DNA of 64,000 bases from Lepidodermella squamata (lineage: Eukaryota > Animalia > Gastrotricha): assembly GCA_047495785.1 (NCBI GenBank), contig JBLDXI010000032.1, positions 992,001 through 1,056,000 of the forward strand, read 5' to 3'. The notes beneath the pieces are model-generated. The model was not told where the DNA came from. It did not search any database and worked only from the letters and a program-made list of their open reading frames with translations. The translations under genes were made by a program, and so were the position numbers. Positions within the stretch are counted from its first letter, which is position 1. Each line of letters begins with the position of its first letter. This document shows positions 36,189-46,471 of this stretch, in pieces.

Positions 36189-36692
36189 TTTTTGCAGCGC
36201 TCACCATTCAAGTCAAATGCAACTCTAAACACACAATATCTCCCATCACTAAAACAAAGACATTCCGGCGCTGCGGACATCACAGGCTCTGGTGGGCCAT
36301 CACACTGGTGTCGCACATTGCAAAAGAGAAAATAGCTTAGAAAATTCACGTAAGATGCGAGCAAACTTCAGGCTTGTCTATTTCGAAATAGACTTAAGAG
36401 CTAAAGCTGGAAGCTCTAAGCAAACTGAAAACAACCAAATGCGCAATAGTTTCGACAGCGGAGCCGCTAAGAGTGGTTGTTTCTTAATCATTCTAACTAT
36501 AAAAATCAAAATAAATTTAACGCCTGCAGACCATTCCAAGCCAATTAAATCAATAGACGAAATCACAGAAAGACGAGCTGCGAACGTCCCACGTCCCACT
36601 TTCCAAATCCGTCGGTAGGTAACGTTAAAACAGGTACTTGAAAAATCGCTTGCTGCGCCGCGACTCATGAAGCGCGACCTTTCTGCAGCCAA

Positions 36693-36702
36693 GCGCGCCA
36701 AA
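36693..36702 (-). promoter_or_regulatory. E2F consensus site in the divergent promoter upstream of LIN54
   Basis: TTTGGCGCGC on the minus strand. Confidence 0.45.
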
Positions 36703-37177
36703 TATAAACATGCATTTTATTTAAACTATCAAATAATTGAAAATAAAAGAGAGAGCCACTTTTTATAATTTGTGTTTTAAAATGTCAAAACGACGCACAA
36801 TTTTATTTCGAACAAAACAAACGAGTTTCGAACCGAGTTCTTGGGCTTGGAAACCGGTCGAATGTGTACGAATCCACGTCGCCAGCGATGCCACTTGACT
36901 TCTTTCTTGTGGCTAATGATCCAATAGTATGGGCAATTGCGAGCTGAATAAGTTTCAACGTTTTTACGGGGAAATTATACCTTTTACTTTGCTATTTTCA
37001 CGTAAATTGACTCAAAGCACATGCTGTCTATTGGCGTTTGAGCCCGAAGGCTGGTAGCTTTTACTGCTCCAGTTAAAATATTATGTTTGTGTTGCGTGTC
37101 TCATAATCCACCCGCTATCTAACTGCCACATTTAAGCCAACTTTTACTTTGTAGATCGAGCCTGGTGGTGTTTTATC

Positions 37178-38843
37178 ATGGAGTATAAAGTGGTCGAATC
37201 AGAGCCACGAGCGTCTTCATCGTCGTACGATGTGCCGTCGAAGTCTATTCCAGTGGCACAGATTAAAACCCCAACCAAGCAGCATATTCAGATTGTTGCG
37301 CTTAAACCTAGCCCCTTGAAGCAACAGTTGACTGGCGGGAGTCATCTGTTGAATGCTGTGCAGCAGCGAATACCAGTCACTGCGGTTCCAGTTAGTATTC
37401 AACAGGGTCAATCTCAACCGACCCAAGTTGTTTACTACACAACTTCTTCAAATTCCGACACTGGACACCCGCAACGATTTACTATTCATCCTGGTCAGAA
37501 AAGTATCTCGTTCCAGGCTCGTTTACCCACAGGGCCAACCATTACGTTGACACGCCCCACAGTAGTTTCTGCTACTCCATTGATAGCCTTGACTTCGTCG
37601 CACGTTGTCGGCGGCGGAGGAAATAGCTCCAATCAGCAGTCGCATGTCACAGTTGGAGGTCCACAGACTCAGAGCCAGTTCGCGACACCAAATCCACATA
37701 ACCTTATACAACCACCTGCTAATATGCAGCGCACTGTATCTGCGTTACAAGGTCATCCTGGTGGCCCACCTGTTTGGAAATCTCAACACTGGTCACCTCC
37801 TAACCACCAGCTTATCGCTGCCCAGCAGCATCAAACTCAATCAACCAACCAAACGTCAAGTTCTGTAATTGACGTTGATGCCGATGACAGCGCTTCGCAA
37901 ACGAAAGTTGTGCCAGCTAACGGCGAAGGAAATAAGCGGCCTTGTCACTGCAACAAGTCTCAATGTTTAAAACTGTATTGCGAATGTTTTGCGGCTGGAG
38001 AATTCTGCTCCGGATGTAACTGCCAAAACTGCGCAAACAACCTCGAACACGAAGATGAACGCAACAAAGCAATTAAACAGTGCCTTGAGCGAAATCCCAC
38101 TGCCTTCCATCCAAAAATAAGTAAGTGTTTTTGATAATCTTTGTTTCGAGTTTTAATTCAGCATTTTGTTAGTGAAATCAATGGCCGGAAAAGAACTGAT
38201 CGGAGAGAAACGTCAATCGCGGGGGTGTAATTGTAAAAGATCGGGTTGTTGGAAAAATTATTGCGAATGTTACGAAGCGAAAGTCGCGTGTACCGCTGCG
38301 TGTAAATGTGTTGGTTGCCGAAACTGCCCGGAAGCTCAACGGGGGAATCTTTCTTCGTTGAACATTTCATCAACCAGCGACCCGCTGACCACGATTACAT
38401 CTCATCATAACACTTCTCACGCAGGCGCGACAAGTCACCATCATGCGTTGAGTGGCGCTACTCACGGCCATCATTCGCGGGGTTCGCAGCAACAAACTCA
38501 CGTTGGAACTCTATACGATCGGCAGTTAAACAAGCAATTGGCGCAAAAATCGCGTCTCGCTATCCACCATAATCATCAAAAACCAACCAGTAACCAATCG
38601 TCAGGAATAAAACTGCCGCATAAACTGTTTACACCCGACGTTATCGAGGCAACGTGTGCGTGTCTTCTCGCTGTTGCCGACGAGACATCCGAGGCGAATA
38701 CGGCGAGAGCGGCCAGTCACCAAAACGACCCGAATTTTACTGAGAGAGCGATATTGGAGGAATTCGGTCGTTGTCTAGCGCAAATCATCGAAGTCGCGTA
38801 TCGCCCTATAACTTCCGGCGGACCCTCCGCGGGAAATTCCTGA
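37178..38843 (+). CDS. LIN54: LIN54/tesmin-family DREAM (MuvB) subunit (~537 aa); exons 37178-38120 and 38173-38843
   Basis: Two CXC domains ([20 protein letters not shown]; [20 protein letters not shown]), linker [11 protein letters not shown]-terminal [16 protein letters not shown]. Confidence 0.95.
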
Positions 38844-39829
38844 GAAAATAAATGCCTTTCAAATAAAATAGTGTTTTTGATGATGATAATTCTTATTTCT
38901 CCTCGATTTTTTTGGTTAGTACCCGAGCGTGTTTGTTTGTTGTTTTCTCGTTTGAATCATGTAAATAATTGTACAAAAATCCAGCCTTGTATATGTAAAA
39001 AATAATGAACTGTAATCAATTTTTGGTACGTCAATGATAAAGAAGTGATAATAAAATATTCGTCCGATTTTTGTGCCTACGCGCCTTTTCTGTTTTTTTC
39101 AAGTTGCACGGAGGAGCTGCACACATCGACATCAGTAAAGGCGTTGGGGCACTTGATGAAACGTACCTTCATACTATCAAACTCTCGGCACTTATCATCT
39201 TTCCATGAAATCAGGTTTTTATATTCGTACAAAAAAGTCTGTCTTGGTAATAATAATAATAATGATCATGATAAATTTCAATGCGCTTCTTTTACCTCGT
39301 AATTCTTTTCTTTCGTTGTTATGCTTGAATGAATTGGCGAGAATGAATTTTTGTGAAAGGTCTTAGTTGTTTGTAAGCCGCCTCAAAACATGATGATGGA
39401 GCAATAAAAAGGAAGGAAAGATGAGTTTTTCGTCCGAGTTGTTTATTATTCGAGCGGAGTTTTAATTATCATAGGTAGTATTGAGCACGCGTCTGATTGA
39501 AAGAAAGATACACAAGTGATCTTCGAAAGTGACGCAGATTTTACAGTTCGCAAAACAAAAACCGGGTCTTTTCAGCGATAAAACGAAAAAATTTAAAAAA
39601 CATTCAAGAAAGTTGGATTTTTCGTATTGCATTGCGAACATTCCGATTTTTCAAGCAGTTTTACGAACAACAAAGCTTAGTGTGTTAATTTTCACATCAG
39701 GCTATACAAGCCTCCGAAATATACATACATATATCAATATTATTATAATCATTTTCTGAGACATTGAGTCGTAGGTTAGCTAATTAAAAAGAGACATAAC
39801 AAAGATGAGCAACAAAATTAGGGTTCATT

Positions 39830-42800
39830 TTATATGAAAGGCAAGTCGTCGTCCAAATTTTCGTTCGGGGTCGCCGGTTTCGCAGGTATCGAACGCCGAA
39901 CAGCTGGCGGCGGGTTGCTTCGACGGTTGACTTGCCGACTTTTCTTCGTAGCGGCGGTCGGCATGACATTTGGCGATGAGCTAGCAGCGCGAGGCGAAAA
40001 TGGCACGGCGATCGTGACGCGCTTCGTCGATTTCTTACCGACAGGCTTTTTATCCGGTAACGGACTCGTTTTATCGACGACTGGCGCCGAGTCAAGACGC
40101 GCTTGTTCGAAACTTTCACTCAAACTTTTCGCAATATCCACCTGCAAAAAATGCAGAAAGATGTAAAATGTTTCATTAAGGCGGATTTTTTTAAATTATA
40201 ATTTTTTATAAAATCGCAATTTGATTACCTCGCTTTCGCTTTCACTACTGCTGTCAGTATAGTCCTCCGAGTCGGAGTCTTGCACCATGATTACGCGCTT
40301 ATTATCAGGTAACAGGGTGGCACGGGAACTGGTCACTGAAGCGTAGGCGTTGGCTGAGAAATTGTTCATATTTGCCACGAGCGCACTTCCCGAAGCTGCT
40401 TTGTACAACATATCCCAATCGTTGATAATAGGGGCGCAGCCAGGGTCCAGGAGAGTAGTCACAGAAAATCTACAAAAAAAATCCAGATAAATAATTCGGC
40501 CTAGTAGCGCAGTCACCAAAAGGCTAATTTTGCGCATTCATCAGTTTCAATTTTTCAAATTTTTCAAAGTTGGAGCCCAGTTGGATCGAGCAGTTGCTTC
40601 AACAACTGAGCGTCGGCAAGCCGATTCAACGAGCCATGAATGCTATTTACGAGCAACTCAACAGGCATTCTTGTCCCTTCTCTACGATTTTACCAAAATA
40701 AAAACCCGATAAAACCGGATGGGAAGATTTAGAAAATTTCCGCATGTCACCGATTATTCCTTCGTATTTTCATTCTGGCGCGTTTCTATTTATGCCTGGT
40801 TGATTCGAAGGCTCAAGTTACCGTTGATGATGATGAGCACATACTGGCATTTTTTCGAGGCGAGGAAACTAGCGACAATCTACGATCAGTTTTCACCATA
40901 TTCATCGATGATATAGTTGCCTGCGTTCGTGACGGCGTGACTTTTGATGACGGGAACTACGATTTTCGCCTGATCGTTCTGTGCGATTATTCTTTGCTGA
41001 CAAAGCTATTGGCTTGCGCTCATCCCAGTACTGGCTACAGTTGCCCTGTATGTGAGTTTGGTGAATCGAGCATAAAGCCTACGACAAAAGATTCTCCAGA
41101 AATAAAAACTTCCAGTAGCAGTCGCCAGTTTAGAAACTCTGGGAAAAACCAACTTTTAAACGCCGCAGATATGACTCTTGAGCAACCTGGATTCCTCTCA
41201 AATTAACTTTCGACAGGGAAACCAGAAAGTTGCACTAGAAGTTAACTTTTGCATGAGGAATGACATGGAGCTTTACTACTGTATCTTAAAGCGCCTCATC
41301 TCAGCCTTCACGAGAGCTGCGACTTTTATATTTCCTGCATCGTGAAATCAAATTTCTGTAGATTGCGTTTATTTTGACCGGTGTTCCTCAATAGCGTTCT
41401 CGGACCGCTTCTATGTTTGTTTTTCATAAATAACCTACCTTTTGTCATCAAGCACTTGGATTGTTAGAAATGTATGCCGATGACGTTAAAATATATCCTC
41501 AAACGGTATATTCTCAAACGGTGCTTGGGTAGCGCTTCTCAAACGGTGGGTCGCGACCCCCGCGGGGGCGAGGAAACTAGCGAAAAGCTCCGATCACTTT
41601 CCCCCCATTCATCGATGATATAGCCGCCTGCGTTCTTGACGGCGTGAGTTTCGATGACGCGAACTACTATGCGACTACAATTTCGCCTAATCGTTTTGTG
41701 CTCATCCCAAAATTGAATTTCGTGAATCGAGCATAAAGCCGACGTCAAAAGATTCTCCGAAAATCAAAATTTCCCGTAAAAGTCGCCAGCAGAGTGAGTA
41801 ACTCTGGGAAAAGCTAACTTTTGAACGCCGCAGGAGCCAGAGGTGGCTTTGTGATGAGAATTATGTTGTTAAAACTTGAGAGATAATTGAAATACTGAAA
41901 TACGATGAAATTGGAAGCGAAAATGTAGTAAAAATAATTTTTTTCGGCAGTAAATATTTGGTGCATTTGGTATCTTGTCTCAACTAAAAACTGAAAAAGG
42001 GAAAATCCTCTGCAGATTTGCCCACCTCAGTAACCTGAATGACTGTTTCTCTCAAAAGTCAAAATCATAAGCCTGTTGCCTACGCATTATTATGATCTAA
42101 ATCCTAAATCCTAAATTTAAAATCAAATTAATGATACGAAATGACATGAGAATATTTCTTGTTTCCGCGTTATAGCGGGGGCTGACTGTATTCGCTAAAT
42201 TCCGAACAACTTGGTTTGAAATTTCTGGATTTGCCTGTCCCAACTTTTGATAATATAAACGCACATTTTCAACAGCTGATTTCAAATCATGTAAAAAGTA
42301 GGGGATCTAAAGTATAACTTACCCTCTAACATCCAGATTGTTCAATCGTCGGCATTTCAAAATGGCGCTGAAGAACGCGTCCATATCATCAGGATCTTGG
42401 CCAGGCAAATTTGTGTACAGCTCATAGACCGCGAACAAAATGCGAATAATGCCATACGACCGCGACAACGGCGTCAGTGAGACCAAATTTTTGTCCGCCT
42501 CCGAATCAAGCACAGCCGCAAAATGGGACATGCGTAACGCATGGCCACCCGCAAAGTCGAGATTCTCAAAAATAGCCTGTTCTTTCTCCTTCGAAAGCCC
42601 GACAATTGATTTCAACCGGTCAAGCAGCAAAATACTGCCAGTTTTGTACAGCGCCACCGTGTCTTTGTTCAACACACACCGAGCCACCCGCAGCATTCCC
42701 TGCCAATCGACGCGAAAAACGCGGAAAAGCAGCGGCAGACGAGTCGCAAGTTTTTTCTCGACTGGCTCATGCGTCAACGGGTTGTTGCGAAGCCCCATTA

Positions 42801-44970
42801 AATAGCCCATTATCGAGGCAATTTTCTTCAAAACATGCACATTCGACCGCCGATCAGCACCGAGAAGTGCTAAAATCTGCCCTACGTTCAGTAGGGCCGA
42901 TGCCCGGCGACGGACAAACTTATTATCGTTGTACCGTTGGACTTTCGGCAGAACTTCCGAAAGTACAAAACTCGAGAAAATCGCTTGATTTTTCGGGAGA
43001 ACTCTGTCAATTGTTTGCATGCATTGCGTTAGGCCGAGCTCGACTAGACTAGGCACGCCGCCTTTTTTACGCGGTACGCAAAATCCGGGCAAAATTTGCG
43101 ATAATTTCGGCATTTTCTTGCTGGAAAGCTGAAATTTCGAGGTGCTGTAAATTCGCCGGTATTCGTAACTTGATTTCGGCTCAGATTCTTCCACTTTTAC
43201 GCTAGTAGCACCCAGCGATTTACTTTGACGTTTTGGCAGTGCTGAAGTGGTGGCCTTATCCGAGGTTTGAGCCAGTGATTCGAAAGCTACGCTCTCCTCC
43301 TTAACGGGCGGCATTTTAGTCGGCCCATCGTTCTCTGGAAAATAAAATCTTAAAATTCCAGAATGTAATTGAGATCAAAGTTTTACCACTACGGAAATCG
43401 GAAACGGAGGTAGGCCGGCTAGAAGATGATATGCTATCGATTCGAGAATCACATCGGACTAAAAATGCGAAATTGTGTTATATTTCACTTATTTTTTTTT
43501 TCGAAAATATTACTCGATGGAGTCGCAGATTTAGCACCACATGAACCGACGCTAGAACTAGGTCTGGAGCTCGATCTCGAGCTAGATCGAGTAGAAACAC
43601 CCAGAGGCGGCACGGCACTCTGCGACCTGGTGCTTCGCCTTGCAGCATTTGAAGGGATAACTGTTTAGAAATTTAATTCAAATTTTAAATTAATTTTTCA
43701 AATATTAAACAAACCTGGACTAACGCCCTCCTTTAGCCGAATTACAAACTTTGCAGGTTGAGGTTTTGGCTTTTCGATCGGCTGAATCAAAGCAGAGGAA
43801 CTTGGAAAATCTACTAAAAAAATAAGATAAATAAATAAAATTCTAATTCAAATCAGAGATTGCATACAAGGTGGATTAGATGCCTCGTTAATACCGGTAG
43901 GTGTGGGAGCAGGCACTTCAGGTTCCGCAGCTACAGCCAGTAAGGCTGCGGTTTTCGAGACAATAACTGAAAATAGACGCCAAATTTACGGTTATTTTGA
44001 GAATTTTATGTTAACAGACCTGGACTAGGACCTCTCATATTTAGTTTTAAAGGCTCCAATTTAGGCCGCTCAGGCGGTGGATTTTTCGCTTTGGGCGGAG
44101 ATTTAGTCGTGGGTTCTTTCGGCTTAGGAACCATAATTGTCATTATAGTCGCTGTCAAAATGATTCAAACAATTAAAACAAAATAAATTCGAAATGAAAT
44201 TATATCTTACAAGGGAGCTCTTTCTCCAATTTTACAGGAGAAATATTCTCCGCAGGCTTAATGCTTGAACTAGACTTTGATTCAGGGGTCGACCGTTTGC
44301 TAGTCGAAGGCGCTTTTTCCGGCGTTTGACGCTTGCTACCAGCAACTTTCACCTCAGGCGTAGAGCGTTTGCTACTCGAACTGCTAATCCGCGTTTCCGG
44401 GGTCGATCGCTTGCTGCCCCTCGAGCTTTGGCTAACCGTCCTTGCGATTTTAGGCGGAGATCCAACCGAAGTAGAACTCGACGAAGTTCCAACAAAAATG
44501 ACGTCACAGCTATCTTCAGACCGGTACTGAAACCCGCTGACCTGCCCAGTCGCGCTCATAGTGCGCGATGGTGGCCGCTTCGGCGCCTGAGTCAGGCCTC
44601 GCCCTCGACCGGGTGGGCGCCCAGGGCCCCGTTTCACCTTAGGCGCGGATTCGCAGCTACCCACTGAAATCGGCGCCGAAACTGTAGTCGCAGTTGAGGT
44701 ATCTGAAGATATTGAAATATACGAGTTTGGACTGCCGGGTCTGCGACTTGAATTCGACAAAAGTGACGTGGTGGAGATGGCAGGTTGGCATGTTCTTGCC
44801 GGGGCTAAGGTAACCGGGGACATATACAGCCGAATGTCCTGGCCCCGGCCTCGCCCGGCCGAGAAGGACCGGCCACTTCTGAGCGTGTGAACGATAGGGC
44901 TCGCAACTTTCGGCACGCCAGGCGGTCCGAAACCTGATGAAAACGGAAATTTATTGCTTTTTCGAGACAT
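39830..44970 (-). CDS. Multi-exon orphan, probably nuclear protein (AT-hook, TP repeats, central helical domain); ~7 exons
   Basis: ORFs 45036-44200, 43314-42319, 40537-40196 and 40147-39830 linked by GT-AG introns; KRGPGRPPGRGRG; four SKR(S/Q)TPE; 5' end uncertain. Confidence 0.65.
40567..41206 (+). mobile_element. Degenerate RAG1/Transib/Chapaev-like DDE transposase fragment, copy 1 (intronic, antisense)
   Basis: Frame from 40712: KPDGKI*...DEHILAFFRGEETSDNLRSVFTIFIDDIVACVRDGVTFDDGNYDFRLIVLCDYSLLTKLLACAHPSTGYSCPVC. Confidence 0.7.
41378..41496 (+). mobile_element. CR1/L2-type reverse transcriptase fragment
   Basis: TGVPQ / SVLGPLLCLFFINNLP...MYADDVKIY with frameshifts. Confidence 0.85.
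41530..41566 (+). mobile_element. hAT-Charlie-like left terminus
   Basis: TAGCGCTTCTCAAACGGTGGGTCGCGACCCC resembles CAGCGGTTCTCAACCTGTGGGTCGCGACCCC-type ends. Confidence 0.6.
41567..41833 (+). mobile_element. RAG1/Transib-like transposase fragment, diverged copy 2
   Basis: Collinear similarity to ~40859-41168 (GGCGAGGAAACTAGCGA...TTCATCGATGATATAG...GTGAATCGAGCATAAAGCC...AACGCCGCAG) with indels. Confidence 0.75.
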
Positions 44971-45043
44971 CCACCATAAAAGTAAAATGTCCCTAGAAAA
45001 TGCAAGAAATTCGGAATTTTTTTCAACCATCAACAATCAAGCG

Positions 45044-46008
45044 CTATTTCTTTTTGATCACAGAATGTTTTTCGGTCACAAAATGGAAGTATAAAACGCA
45101 GGCGGCGAGTTGGGTGACTAAATCATGGTGTTCGATATCGTGGTGCCATTCGACACTTCCCCATTGTTTGATTTGGTAATTTTGCTCCAATCTCGATAGA
45201 TTCGCCGCCTCCTCAACGGAAATAGCCTTGTTGATAACGGCCATGCATAAAATCAACGATTTCGTACACTCAACCGCATGTTGAACGGCAAACAGAGCGG
45301 GTAGAGATAGCTGAGACAGGTATAACTTGAAACTATTCAATACAGATGGATCGAATTTCAGCGGTGCTAGGCCAGTTGTAGTCGCTAATTTCACATTAAG
45401 CCTGATAAAAATTATATTTAAGAAGGATTAAATTAATTTTTTTTTGCAAATTACCGATTTTCTACCCATCTTAAAATCGGGTCCCATTTCTCCTCCTGAT
45501 GCTTAGCTTCAACAGGCTCTTCACTTCGAAAGCTGTTTAAAAATAACAAAAAATGCCGCATTTCAGCAAAATACCGCAAAATTCGAACCATAAAGTGTCG
45601 GTTTCAAGGTAATTCATGCACGACGCAATGAGTGTATTCGCGTCCAATTTTCGTGGGTTGTCGATAACCGTATTGCAAATGGCCGTCAGGGTCATTGCGT
45701 CACGCTTGATCGTTTTCTTCTGGCGATTCCACTCCTCAGCAACTGCTAAAGCAAGGCCTTCACTCGGGAACGAAAGAATATGGCCCATTGGAGTTTTCAG
45801 TCTTCTTTTGTCCAGCGTTATTTCAAATTCACTCGAATTTTTTCCACTCCCGATGACAGTCACATGTTTGTAAAATTTCCGCGGCTCTGTAATAATCGAT
45901 GAAGAGTTAGTTTCGGGTATTTTCCGGGGTTTTTCTACCTTTCAACGAGTCTGCAAACGACGTGAATCGAACAGGAATTCTATGCAATAACAAAGCTCTT
46001 CGCAGCAT
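45044..46008 (-). CDS. ATPAF2: ATP synthase F1 assembly factor 2 (ATP12); 4 exons
   Basis: Arg-rich presequence MLRRALLL; RKFYKHV; FEITLDKRRLKTP; ALAVAEEW; YLETDT; SRLEQNYQIKQWGSVEWHHD. Confidence 0.95.
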
Positions 46009-46471
46009 TTTCTCTATCAAAAAAGTCGAAAAAATTAGAGACAAAAATTACTCAATTTATTCTTTTTTAGCAATTTCTTTCACCAGTAGTTTTCATCGAT
46101 ATATTTCAATTTTTTAGTAGTCGAAGAAACATGCAAGTACACATAAATGTCGATATATTCATATCTGTTTCAATTGCTCAATTCCCCAGTGTTAAAAAAA
46201 TATTACAACTATCATTTGTTAGTAGTAGGGAAGTCGAATCGACGCAGAAAAGACGCAACAGTGAAGAAAATGGGACAGTGAAATAAAGGCTTCAATAGCA
46301 CATCTCCTTCAAAATAAATTACACACACGCAGGGCGACTATACTCGAAATGTGTGTTTGTGACAAGAAAGAAGTATAACAACGAATCAAGAGCAACGCCG
46401 TGAGAGAGATGCCGGGTAAGGCTTGGAAAGCGGCCATTTTACAAGTGACTTTATAAAAATGTTTACTAACT

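Noticed and set aside
39833-39853. C-terminal DDDLPF resembling the bacterial SSB acidic tip
   Set aside because: Followed by an extra Ile, in an intron-containing gene with no recognisable OB fold; likely coincidence
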